The notes beneath the pieces are model-generated. The model worked only from the letters and a program-made list of their open reading frames with translations. It did no database searches and had not been told where the DNA came from. Positions 43,139 to 55,500 of a stretch of 64,000 nucleotides of DNA are shown one piece after another. Location: NCBI GenBank assembly GCA_040437565.1, contig JBDOQK010000012.1, positions 372,001-436,000 on the forward strand. Reading direction: 5' to 3'. Origin of the DNA: Albugo candida (lineage: Eukaryota). The translations under genes were made by a program, and so were the position numbers. Position 1 is the stretch's first letter. The number at the start of each line of letters is the position of its first letter.

Positions 43139-45142
43139 TTATATGTCGAAACGCTCAATGGGTAAATCGCGAGATCTCAGCAGAATTGGTTTGTGCCAAG
43201 ACGAAGTTTTATTCAGACGATCGTAAAAGTAAGGACTTTGGGTTTTTGGATCGATGATTTTCCAATATCGTTCCATTAGAAGCGAATAGAGCTTTTGACG
43301 CGCCAGAAAACGGCGTACAAGCGCTTGGATAGCTATTCCTGCCGTTTGGATTGTATCGGTTTTGGTGCCGTTCTCTTCGACACGTAGCTCAGTGAGGATA
43401 GCTTTATGGTCCGATACAGCGTTTGCTCGCTTTCCATGCAGCTTTTTCTCGTGGAAGCATTGACGACAGAATGAAAGGTGATCGATGGATGGACGAAACC
43501 CATCGCATTGCGAGCAAACGCGACATTTCGGATGAAGAAACAAATACAATTTTCGCTCCTCATCGACTTCCTCGTCATCTATCGCTCCTTCCTGACGCTC
43601 CATATCGTCTGGAGGCTTCTTGCCATCGCATACTTTATCCTCTGAAGAATTCGATGTCTTCTTATGCTCGTCACCTGACGCGAATCTCACACTGAATGCG
43701 GTGAATGTACGACCACACGTCAAACTGCTTACTTTTCTACTTTTGATCAAAGCCTTCAGCTGAATGTCACGCGGCACAAACGAATTGGCAGCGTGTTTTT
43801 TGCTGCGGCTTCCCCACGTAAACAGCGCATTCCTTCCTGTGAGCACTGCTGTGTGATACATTCCACATGCGAGTTGGTCGATGTCCTCGATATGCTCTCC
43901 ACATCGAAGCGCTACGAGACTTGGCTCATTCGATATCACCCGTTCTGGACCGAGACCGAGCTGCCCAAACACTCCCGTTCCCCACGTAAACACTCGCCCA
44001 TGACCACGATCCCCAGTCTTGATTGCGATACAAGCACTATGCCAAGTACCACAGGCGATCATCACAACGAGAGAGGATTCCAAGAGACCAGCTATCTGTC
44101 GGGGTCCCGTACGTGCTTCAGACTGTTCTACAGCGGATCTCCCATGACCCAAACGACCACCATCAGAACATCCCCATGAGAAAAGCTTCCCGTCATGTGA
44201 GATTGCCAGCGCATGCATCGCACCACAAGCAACTTTCGTGATGTGATGTTCTCGTAATCCTTTCACAGAATGCAAAGCCATACACGAGGACGTTGTTGGA
44301 GGTGTCTGTTGTCCGTAAGCACCACTCAGAGGATGTGAATACTTTCCCCAACTAACGACTTCATTGACCTCTCCGCCTTTGTGGCCATACACAGCAACGA
44401 CATAATGCTTTCCAACAGAGATATCGATTGCGTGGCCAAAAGGCGATGGCGATACACGACAAGGACGTGATGTTGCATTGGATCCCCACGTGAAAAGAAA
44501 TCCTTCACTCGTACGTGCAACTCCATCGGTAGTGGAAATGCATATGTCCTGAATCCTCTCGCCATCAAACACATCCAACGCAATCGGAGGATCGGATATC
44601 GCCCCCTGAGACGCACTTACACAGAGCCACGCAACGCCAAAATCAGAGTTTATCGCATACAATGAATCGCTATCGGAGCCTGCGGCGAGTTTGGTCACTT
44701 TCTTGCCACAAAACCATTGGATCTCCACTGGGAAGTGATCTTCCGCTCCATACACAAAGACTTGGCCGATATTTTTATCGGAGAGGTCTCTTCCCTTTGC
44801 GGCTGCTGAGGCTGAGATCTCTGCCCAAATTGTCTCTTTATTTCGCCAATTTTCGATCCGTTCGATGATTTGAGACCTCTTACCAATGCGAGGGAGGTCG
44901 AGGTACATGGCTGCCTTCTCCAGTCTCTCGCGGGAGAGCGATTCGAGATCTAGGGCTCGCCAGTACGTTTTAGACGATAATCTGTGGTACTTTTTCAAAG
45001 CCGTAAATGAGACGTTTAAGAGGTCGTATCTCTCTTTTTCTTTCTTCCATGCTATAAAATGGCGAAAACGGTGCTGGATTATTCTGGCAGCGACATGTCT
45101 CCCGATTTTCTTTTGACGTAAATAAACATGAAAGAGTTCCAT
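43139..45142 (-). CDS. RCC1-repeat protein with IQ, SAP-like, Cys/His-finger and WW motifs
   Basis: VACGAMHAL...SWG, IACGTWHS...TWG..GQLG and LACGMYHT repeats; IQALVRRFLARQ; WKIIDP...YFY...SSWHKP. Confidence 0.85.
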   Translation of the reverse strand: MELFHVYLRQKKIGRHVAARIIQHRFRHFIAWKKEKERYDLLNVSFTALKKYHRLSSKTYWRALDLESLSRERLEKAAMYLDLPRIGKRSQIIERIENWRNKETIWAEISASAAAKGRDLSDKNIGQVFVYGAEDHFPVEIQWFCGKKVTKLAAGSDSDSLYAINSDFGVAWLCVSASQGAISDPPIALDVFDGERIQDICISTTDGVARTSEGFLFTWGSNATSRPCRVSPSPFGHAIDISVGKHYVVAVYGHKGGEVNEVVSWGKYSHPLSGAYGQQTPPTTSSCMALHSVKGLREHHITKVACGAMHALAISHDGKLFSWGCSDGGRLGHGRSAVEQSEARTGPRQIAGLLESSLVVMIACGTWHSACIAIKTGDRGHGRVFTWGTGVFGQLGLGPERVISNEPSLVALRCGEHIEDIDQLACGMYHTAVLTGRNALFTWGSRSKKHAANSFVPRDIQLKALIKSRKVSSLTCGRTFTAFSVRFASGDEHKKTSNSSEDKVCDGKKPPDDMERQEGAIDDEEVDEERKLYLFLHPKCRVCSQCDGFRPSIDHLSFCRQCFHEKKLHGKRANAVSDHKAILTELRVEENGTKTDTIQTAGIAIQALVRRFLARQKLYSLLMERYWKIIDPKTQSPYFYDRLNKTSSWHKPILLRSRDLPIERFDI

Positions 45143-45246
45143 TTCGGGAACGATGCTTCCGATTGCCCATGATATTGTTCGCGCTATCTATTGGATGAAA
45201 CTGTGTATGCAATAGACGAGTTTCTACCAATCAACACGCGTATCGT

Positions 45247-45735
45247 ATGGATCATGTGCTCGAAGGCGTAAAGCGCGGAATTCGCGGCCAATACAGCCAT
45301 TTAATGCTTCGTTGGTACGAAGCAGTTGATTGGAGAGAACCCCTTATAATCGGGACAATCACCAGTCATCTGGTGCTCCTTATATTGGTATACATTACGC
45401 GTAAGAAATACGCATTTCAAGTGATTTGGTTCATTGCGATCATTACGCTATTGATACTATCGGAACGCGTCAACGCGTGGGGCCACCAAAACTGGAAATT
45501 GATTGCGACACAAAACTATTTCGATTCTCGTGGCGTTTTCATTGGAATTTTCTATGCAGCGCCGCTTTTATTCATTGGTTTTGTTCAGTCGGTGAGCTAA
45601 TATTTCATCACAATCGCTTACTAAGTATACAATTTATAGACACTCAATATGAAGCGAATGATTGATTTGATGGTAGAAATCAAACAAATTCAAGCGAACA
45701 AGCAAACGCTCCGAAAACAAATGAAAAAGGACTAA
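45247..45735 (+). CDS. TMEM18: Transmembrane protein 18; 2 exons
   Basis: AVDWREP, SERVN and ATQNYFDSRGVFI...APLL motifs; intron near 45592-45639; basic C-terminus. Confidence 0.9.
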
Positions 45736-46754
45736 CGAAATGACAAAGGCGACAGCGCGTAACGTATCTCAACGGTAAGAGCTGTATTTCCAACCAAATG
45801 AAATTTACATATTGGAAAACGCACACATTTGCAGCCGATAGTTTACAATGTGCGTTTTCATTCTGTCGCTTCAGTCGTATAAGATATTTCTTCGATGCTT
45901 TCTTCTGTATCGACTTTTGACTCCTCTGCGGTTTGTTTTATTGTCTCTGCTTCATCGGTGGTGGTTGAAGGCCACGGATTCTCTTCAAAGTTGGCCCAAT
46001 TGCTATCGACGTCTTCGTTCAAATTCGGTGTCTCTCCATCTGTCTCTACTTTGTGGTCATCGTCCGATGGTAAACGATGGGGCTGCAGAAAATCGTCATC
46101 ATCTTCGCTGCTACTGCTATCGTTCAAAATCTCTGGAAGCATGGACGCCTCACCCGAGTCTTTGAGACCATAGTCGTCTTCATAATTGTCTTCTTTTGTA
46201 ATGTACTCACTGTTACTGAGCATTTCTGCAAATTGTGCTCTCATCTGATCTTCCTGAGTGTATTCCAAAGAATTGTACGAAGCTTCCACAGTCTCAAATG
46301 ACAATGGAACTCCACCAAGCGGATGTCTCTCTTCTTCGTACAGTATCTCGAGTTTTGTGGCTGCTAAAGTATCCCAAGCTTTCCACACTGGAACATCTTC
46401 TTCCAATAAATCAGCCACACTATCTGCATGAGTCATATCATTGAGTGTCGTGCTGCCTTCATTAGAGCCATTTCGAATCGCATTCATGAGCGATAGTAAA
46501 ACGCGGCAAATACGATGAATATGGCCCATACATCCCAGCGCGAATGGTTTTGGTTCCTTCAACTTTTGTTCATTATCTGTAAAAGCTTGCAACAACCGAG
46601 GCAGAAGCCTCCCTTCTCGTATCAGAGCGATCAAAAGATCCTTACTACCTCCGTNNNNNNNNNNNNNNNNNNNNNNNNNNNNNNNNNNNNNNNNNNNNNN
46701 NNNNNNNNNNNNNNNNNNNNNNNNNNNNNNNNNNNNNNNNNNNNNNNNNNNNNN

Positions 46755-48093
46755 TACGAAGCAGTTGATTGGAGAGAACCCCTTATAATCGGGACAATCA
46801 CCAGTCATCTGGTGCTCCTTATATTGGTATACATTACGCGTAAGAAATACGCATTTCAAGTGATTTGGTTCATTGCGATCATTACGCTATTGATACTATC
46901 GGAACGCGTCAACGCGTGGGGCCACCAAAACTGGAAATTGATTGCGACACAAAACTATTTCGATTCTCGTGGCGTTTTCATTGGAATTTTCTATGCAGCG
47001 CCGCTTTTATTCATTGGTTTTGTTCAGTCGGTGAGCTAATATTTCATCACAATCGCTTACTAAGTATACAATTTATAGACACTCAATATGAAGCGAATGA
47101 TTGATTTGATGGTAGAAATCAAACAAATTCAAGCGAACAAGCAAACGCTCCGAAAACAAATGAAAAAGGACTAACGAAATGACAAAGGCGACAGCGCGTA
47201 ACGTATCTCAACGGTAAGAGCTGTATTTCCAACCAAATGAAATTTACATATTGGAAAACGCACACATTTGCAGCCGATAGTTTACAATGTGCGTTTTCAT
47301 TCTGTCGCTTCAGTCGTATAAGATATTTCTTCGATGCTTTCTTCTGTATCGACTTTTGACTCCTCTGCGGTTTGTTTTATTGTCTCTGCTTCATCGGTGG
47401 TGGTTGAAGGCCACGGATTCTCTTCAAAGTTGGCCCAATTGCTATCGACGTCTTCGTTCAAATTCGGTGTCTCTCCATCTGTCTCTACTTTGTGGTCATC
47501 GTCCGATGGTAAACGATGGGGCTGCAGAAAATCGTCATCATCTTCGCTGCTACTGCTATCGTTCAAAATCTCTGGAAGCATGGACGCCTCACCCGAGTCT
47601 TTGAGACCATAGTCGTCTTCATAATTGTCTTCTTTTGTAATGTACTCACTGTTACTGAGCATTTCTGCAAATTGTGCTCTCATCTGATCTTCCTGAGTGT
47701 ATTCCAAAGAATTGTACGAAGCTTCCACAGTCTCAAATGACAATGGAACTCCACCAAGCGGATGTCTCTCTTCTTCGTACAGTATCTCGAGTTTTGTGGC
47801 TGCTAAAGTATCCCAAGCTTTCCACACTGGAACATCTTCTTCCAATAAATCAGCCACACTATCTGCATGAGTCATATCATTGAGTGTCGTGCTGCCTTCA
47901 TTAGAGCCATTTCGAATCGCATTCATGAGCGATAGTAAAACGCGGCAAATACGATGAATATGGCCCATACATCCCAGCGCGAATGGTTTTGGTTCCTTCA
48001 ACTTTTGTTCATTATCTGTAAAAGCTTGCAACAACCGAGGCAGAAGCCTCCCTTCTCGTATCAGAGCGATCAAAAGATCCTTACTACCTCCGT
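46755..48093. repeat. Second copy of 45316-46654 (TMEM18 3' part plus PP6R 3' end) across a 100-N gap; probable assembly overlap
   Basis: 1339-nt direct duplicate abutting the gap; identical ORF translations at offset 1439. Confidence 0.9.
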
Positions 48094-49714
48094 CCAAAAT
48101 CCCCACAACCATATTCTCCACATCGCTCTGAAGTATATTCACCGATTCGAATGCGAAAAAAAGATCCAAACAAGCTTCGACCGCTTTCTACAGAGCAAAA
48201 AATGTATCCAAATCGAAAGTCCCAACCAAGCACGTTGTAATTACCTCTTTGAGCAGCGCCGCATCGACCTGATAAAACTTGGTCTGCGTCAATAACACCA
48301 ATAATCCCACTAATCGAAGCCGACCAAGACCCAGTCGAGGGACCTTCTCATGCCTTTGATTGTAAATAAAGCCGGGCTCATACATTTCACCGCGAAGTGT
48401 AGCACATATCTGCGGTAATCGATTCAGAATTGCTTCCAATACGATCGGCAGCGGTTTTCCATTTGTGTATCGAGCGTTGGTGTGAAATGAGAGAAGTGCG
48501 CTCAGTACAGAAAGAGATGCTGTCATGGACGAAGTCGCAGTGATTGACAATGTTTCGGTCGGAATTGCATAACTGATAATCTTTTCTACGATTTCTTCAC
48601 TTTCGAGATATTCCATAAGCGTTGAGGTGCTCTGTCCTCCAGCGTCGGAGGTTGGTGAGGATGGATCATTCAGTTGACTACGTGCTACAAAGTGCGTGAG
48701 ATCCACAAGAATATCCGCCGTATGCTTATGAGCATCCGAATCGAATGGAGTGCCATCAGCAGCCAGAGGTGCTAAATTCGACACCAATAGATCAATAACG
48801 GTGGTATCTTGATGCCATACAAGCGCTTTCGATGAAGCAGTTGGTGTGCCAACCGATCCATCTTCCTCATCAAGACTTGAATACCAAGGTATAGTGCTCG
48901 AGGCTCCCATCGGAAATCCAGAATATTCCATTGAGTCATCTACAAAGTCTACAAACAAAAGTCAGCCATTTGAAAAAGAGATACCAATACTGCATTTCCG
49001 ACCCATATGGAATGGCTGTAATAGTCGTTTGAAGATCTCAGCGACTGAATAGGATCGAACATGAGTGATAAAGCCTTGTAGTACAAATTGAGCATTTTGA
49101 TTGATCAGCTTGGTTATCTCCTGAGGCTTTCGAACCATCAACATGGAGAAAATCTGACCAGAGAGAGGTTAGTGATGCATCCCCATTCAAAGCGCTTTTC
49201 CATTCAGCGTCACCTTTTCGAAATACCCACAAAGTCGTGGATTCAGCGGGGCAGGCAGATCCAGAAACTCCAAGAATACACTGACAATTTTCCCGTCTGA
49301 TGCAGTTGCCAGTATATCTGTGATGCTCATGATATCACAGCATAGAACTTCGCACGAGACGTATGGATACTTGAGCACTTGGATGTCGTCTTGAGGATTT
49401 TGCGCTGGTTTTNNNNNNNNNNNNNNNNNNNNNNNNNNNNNNNNNNNNNNNNNNNNNNNNNNNNNNNNNNNNNNNNNNNNNNNNNNNNNNNNNNNNNNNN
49501 NNNNNNNNNNNNGGATGATATCATCTTGTTGTAAAAGTTGCTCTAATGTGAATTGATTACTGTCTAATAAATCATTGAGCCGACTATAGAGGAGGAAATG
49601 TACAGATTGATTGTAAATACATGTGCCTCATTCTCCTCACCTCGTCGTGTTGAATAGCGAGGATCCTTTTGCCCAGACACTTGCTTCATCATGGAAACCT
49701 GAAAAAATGGACAT
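47297..49714 (-). CDS. PPP6R: Protein phosphatase 6 regulatory subunit (SAPS/SIT4-associated); multi-exon, crosses a gap
   Basis: LNDLLD...FTLEQLLQQDDII, KYPYVSCEVL, LNPRLCGYFEK, LGLGRL, NILQSDVE and GCMGHIHRI motifs; acidic tail. Confidence 0.9.
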
Positions 49715-50732
49715 TCGTTCGCTATGAATGCAGGTATTTTCTCAAGTGCGCAATGAGCTAAACAGATTTCTGCGTCTTCCGTGGATAATGACACGATCTG
49801 CTTCAAAATCAGTTTGATTAAGGAATCTGTCGAATCACCTTTTCTTTTGTCAATCACAATTGATATCTTTCAGAGACTATCTGCATCAATGCCCTCCGCC
49901 AATGTATTAATTTCTTCTAAACGGTCGTACTTTTACGAATACTCTCAAATAGTGTACGTGTACGAAAACTCTTAAATAGAGGCCAAGTTCGAAAAGCAGC
50001 AAGATAGAAAAAGGTTATGTCACTGACCACAACCGTTGCGCAGAAAGTCTGTGCCACTAAGGACGAATTTAAGAGGACCTTTTGGATCTCAATAGATAAC
50101 TGTATTTTCTCCTGCAACACCGATGATCCTTCTGTGAGTTTTAATACAAGCTGGCGACTTGATATAAGAATCAAATGCTTCAATGATAAACACACCTGTG
50201 ACGATTGTTCACTTGATTGAGAGACCTGTATCAATTCGTATCTGATAGCAACGAGCTCTCCACATCCGGGATAGAGTAGCTTATAGCATTGAGCGACACG
50301 TGTAGGACCGAGTGTTTTGATGGCAGTATGTTACACACAAGTCTATCGAGCTCGTAGTTGTAGTCAAGAAGAGTCGATATGACGGATACTGATGCACGTT
50401 CATGCACACAAGAGCCACTATTCATCGCTTAAGCTAATTAATGTGTGACTTTTCTGCCATTCTCAGTAGCAGCAGTGATAAAGCGATCTACACCGCCCTG
50501 TTAAATCTTATATGCATGCACATCAGAGAATATATTGCGGTATTACAACACAATACGTCCCGCTGTCAGCTCAATTACTCGTAAAAGACGATCGATTTGG
50601 AGCGTACTTAACGAAATGACGAAAAGAAGCACTTACGACACTCAGAACGAGATTCTAAAACGTACTAGTTTATCGATAAATGAAGTTATTACGTGACAAT
50701 GTGCGTCGCTTATAGAAAAGTATCAATTAAGC

Positions 50733-51918
50733 ATGGTCAAATGGATGCGAGACATCCCTGGTCCACTCAATGCCATCATGAAAGCAGACACTAGAGCTAT
50801 CTCTCATGGTCATAACGACTCTGATAGTGCTGATCAGGACGCATCCAGGATAACCAGTTGTTTTGATCACGGACCGTGGGTCGATATGTGCAGGTACATC
50901 AATATCGACGCGAAGTATGGCGAGCTGTATGGTAAGTCAAATATTGCCTCACAAGGAATTGCTCTTAATTACAAGAGTAGGAGGTATTAAGCTCAGTAAA
51001 TTGGAACACACTATTTCAGGCTCTTTGGAGTCAGACGATGCTAGCACTAAGATACAGCAAGTATGTCTTGTGTTCTCAGTGAAGGCATCTACTTGACTCC
51101 ACCTGTGGCTAGCTTATGGTACTGATCAAGTCCATCAGTTACACAGACGAAGAAGTTGTCGCTCGATTTCATGTGCGTCCTTTCCTTTATCAACAGCTAT
51201 AAGGAGACTGATACTTTGATACTGCCAGGATCCAACAGGAGAAGCGTGCGGCTACTTCCATCGAGATTCGGTCAGGCTTCTTAAGCCTGCCCTTAAAGTA
51301 GGCACAGGTCTTTTGCTTGAGCACGTATCGGTACTGGACACATCAATGACAAAGAGACGATTGCTTTCCACGCGTGCGACTCATTGTTATTTGAATATCA
51401 TGTCCCACAACATCAAGCGGGTGTTTGCGTCGTACTCTGACATGGACGGTGCTGATAGAAGTGAAGCGGATCTTGCCATTACTCAATTTCATGAAAGCAT
51501 CAACTCTTCGAGTACTAGTGGTAGAGTAGAAGAATGCAATTCTTTTCAAGGTGAAGTAGAGGTGCTGATCCGGTCGGAGATGGTACAAGATACGATGCGA
51601 GAAATATCATTTCTCTCTCAACGGCAAGTAATCCAGCCAAATCCTCCAGTGCGATCTACTACAGCAATCAGCCAGCCCTCAAAATCAGATAAAGTTCAAT
51701 GGACTTGGACCACTTTGACCAAAAAGCCCCCAGTTCTAAACATCAATGATGAAAAGCATCAAAAGAAACCGCAAATTCGTCCGATTGAAGACATCGTAAC
51801 GCCAATGAACCCGTCGGCGGAGAACGCCAAGAGATTCCGAATATCATCAGAGATTCAGCCTTCGCAGACAGACGCATTGGCACTTCTGAATGAAGAATTA
51901 GAACGTGATGACTGGTGA
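50733..51918 (+). CDS. HROB: Homologous recombination OB-fold protein (HROB/C17orf53/DUF4539); multi-exon
   Basis: IPGP, FDHGPW, LMVLIKSI, DPTGEACGYFH, VGTGLLLEHVSV and YLNIMSHNIKRVF motifs. Confidence 0.8.
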
Positions 51919-51993
51919 GCATCGAGCCTCATACTTTTTGAATTTTACATAATGCATACGGTACCGTCGATATAACTCGAAAAATAAGCAAAA

Positions 51994-52329
51994 ATGGGCA
52001 AAACGGACTCGGCACCCGATACGTTGGGCAAACTTTTGGAAAGCTGGAAAGCCGAAGAACAAGTTTTGAAAGAGCAGGAACGCCGCATCTATGAATTGGA
52101 GGATTCATATCTGAAAGAAACGATCGTTGAAGGAAATGTGTGGACAGGATGGGGAGAAAGTCGTTCGGCTCCGATACGCTTTCGAAATGCAAACATTCGG
52201 CGGCGGAAACGGCAACGCGAGCAATTACCGATCGTTCTCAGCAAAGAAGAGCAAGAAAAAGTCACTCATTCTCGTTTTGCTTCATTTTCATCCATCACTT
52301 CTCCCGCAGAATATAAAGACACTAAGTGA
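51994..52329 (+). CDS. EAF6: NuA4 histone acetyltransferase subunit Eaf6-like
   Basis: ERRIYELEDSYLKET...GNVWTGW and C-terminal R..SFSSITSP. Confidence 0.8.
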   Translation: MGKTDSAPDTLGKLLESWKAEEQVLKEQERRIYELEDSYLKETIVEGNVWTGWGESRSAPIRFRNANIRRRKRQREQLPIVLSKEEQEKVTHSRFASFSSITSPAEYKDTK

Positions 52330-52586
52330 TGAAATGTAGTACGAAAGTATACGAACGGAGCGGCAGGAGAAGCCAAATTTTTTGCTTTTGCCGTTCGCTT
52401 TGTAATTGACATCCGCGAAGAAGACTTCTCTTCGTTCCTATTACTAACCACTCGTATCCGCGTATTTATTTGAAAGTCGTCAATTTATCCAATCACAACA
52501 TCCGATGCGACTTCTACAGAGTACAACGCTCTAATCTATTCTTGAGATTTGGCTTTCTCTTTCTTGTGGATAACGGACAAAGGATC

Positions 52587-55500
52587 ATGCCCGCGAGCAA
52601 GAAAAGAGTGCAGAACGCACGCGGTACATCTGGAGGACAATATCGTCAGTCTGTCCCTGCAGCGCTTCGAAAATGGGCTCACATTTGGCATGGAGTACGC
52701 ATCGCCGGAGATGACACTTTTATGACGGCCCATATGCCAATAGAGCCCTCAAGCCCATCAAATGAGGTCTCACCGTCCTTCAGCTACACAAATGCCAACC
52801 TCTCACCTCAACTTGTCGATACGCAGACGCCAATGATCCTCAAACGGGTCTCAATTTGGCTTCGATATATCACAAAAAGTCTTGCATGTAAACGTGACGA
52901 CGAGCCTTTATGCACATTCGGCCAAAACAACGGACCGAGGAGCTACCAAAATGTGAAAGACCCAAGCAGTGCAAACAGCAGACGCGCGTTTTTTCGGAGT
53001 AAGGTTGTGCACACATCTAAGCAGTCCTTATTCCCGTCATTACAAACGATTGAGAACCCGAGGAAACGATATAAAGACTCATTGTATGTGCTTTTGAATA
53101 TGCGGTGGCCACTTTTGACGACAGTTTTAAGCGGTGTCTTTATCGTCACAATTATATTCTTTACGTTAATTTTTCAAGTGGTGTGTGGTGAGCCCTCCGG
53201 ATTCTTGGAAGCATTTGATCTCACGTATCAGACGTTTAGCACTGTTGGATTCGGCGTTGTCTCGCCGTTGAAAACGTGTGCAAATATGATGAGCGTCGTT
53301 GTATCATTCTGGTCCATGTTGATCACATCGGCGATCACTGGTCTTGTATTCGCCAAATTCGCCAAACCAAAGGCGAAAGTAGCTTTCAGTCGAGTTTGCG
53401 TCGTCCAACCATACGGCAAGAAATACCTCGCTTTGGTTGTGCGTGTTGCAAACGCTACGCAGTCTCGAGATATCACTCATGATGTGATAATGGAAGCCAA
53501 TTTCAAGCTCAATTTACTTCGTATCGAAAAGAGTAGTGCTGTCGATCCCAAGGTCGAGGATCATTCTGCCGCGGTCGACCGCTTGTGCTCTTACAATTTG
53601 CGATTGTTACAAAACAATTTCGTCACATTTCGAATGGGCGTCGCAGTGGTTCATATCGTTGATGAGCAAAGTCCGTTATACGGAATGACTCGCTCAGATC
53701 TGCTTCAGTCGGATATGATCTTNNNNNNNNNNNNNNNNNNNNNNNNNNNNNNNNNNNNNNNNNNNNNNNNNNNNNNNNNNNNNNNNNNNNNNNNNNNNNN
53801 NNNNNNNNNNNNNNNNNNNNNNGTGATAATGGAAGCCAATTTCAAGCTCAATTTACTTCGTATCGAAAAGAGTAGTGCTGTCGATCCCAAGGTCGAGGAT
53901 CATTCTGCCGCGGTCGACCGCTTGTGCTCTTACAATTTGCGATTGTTACAAAACAATTTCGTCACATTTCGAATGGGCGTCGCAGTGGTTCATATCGTTG
54001 ATGAGCAAAGTCCGTTATACGGAATGACTCGCTCAGATCTGCTTCAGTCGGATATGATCTTGGAAGTTGGGATGGCAGGAGTTGACTCCACTTTGCAAGA
54101 TACCGTCACCGAAAGACATGTGTACACCGCAAGAGATGTCAGGTGGGGATATCGATTTTCAGAATTACTTGATTTTGACGAAGTGAATGCCGAAGTTGTG
54201 ATGGATTTTGAGAAATTGAGTAAGACATATCTCGCTCCAATCGAAGAAAGTCGATATGTTACAAAGAAGTCACAACGTTCATCAAAAGCGAATGGAGACC
54301 CGAATATTTCTCAAAGCGCTGGAGAACCGATAAACGGATCAACACGTGGCGACTTTCCCATCGGTGGGATTGATGTTGAAAGTAGAGGACGGAGCGCCAT
54401 CAAACCACGAAGAGCGAGTGTATGTCGGACCAAATATGAAGGTGGCGATCAAATTGACTCAGGCAGTTGTCATCCTTATTACAATTCAGTCGTGCTCCGT
54501 CGATATTCTCGATCCGCTTCTCTTGGCTCTAGTGTCGTAGACACACCCATACAAGTTCGCAAACAATCAAAATGTTCTTTTGCAATGGAGCCACTTTTTG
54601 AATCGCTTCTTAAACCATCAGTTGGGACGCAACGGCTACCGAAAATGGAAGGAGTTGAAGACAGTTCACAAAGAACTCATCGAAATACTCCTACAATCGC
54701 TTGTTCTGGGCGTATCCGGCAAGAGAATAGCGCTACGGACGATACGTTTCTGGCACCATCACAACGTCAAAAGAAGAAACTACAATCTCAATTGGCTGGA
54801 GATGCCACTAGTGATGATGAAGAAGATCAAGACGATGATGNNNNNNNNNNNNNNNNNNNNNNNNNNNNNNNNNNNNNNNNNNNNNNNNNNNNNNNNNNNN
54901 NNNNNNNNNNNNNNNNNNNNNNNNNNNNNNNNNNNNNNNNTTCACAAAGAACTCATCGAAATACTCCTACAATCGCTTGTTCTGGGCGTATCCGGCAAGA
55001 GAATAGCGCTACGGACGATACGTTTCTGGCACCATCACAACGTCAAAAGAAGAAACTACAATCTCAATTGGCTGGAGATGCCACTAGTGATGATGAAGAA
55101 GATCAAGACGATGATGAGGATGATGAAAATGATGCTGAGAGCACCGGTGATATTCAGGACAGCCCCGCGAATAAACAGGTCAACTTGAGTCGCACTTCAT
55201 CAAAAGCTATACTCAAGTTCTCTTCGGAGCGAGGCCACAGCCATTCTGTGTTTCCTCCTGAATTACCAAAGCGAGAATCTCCACAAATTACCCGATCTCG
55301 TGCAATCAATTACTCCAATGTCTCCGTCGACGTCCAAGATACTCCACGATTTGTTCGCATTCGTCCAATTCGTATTCCGAAATCGTACAGCTTTATGCGN
55401 NNNNNNNNNNNNNNNNNNNNNNNNNNNNNNNNNNNNNNNNNNNNNNNNNNNNNNNNNNNNNNNNNNNNNNNNNNNNNNNNNNNNNNNNNNNNNNNNNNNG

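Noticed and set aside
45316-48093. Apparent tandem duplication of TMEM18 and the PP6R 3' end, with chimeric ORFs 45858-46859 and 46515-47039
   Set aside because: The copies abut a 100-N gap and translate identically, indicating a scaffold overlap; the chimeric ORFs read through Ns.
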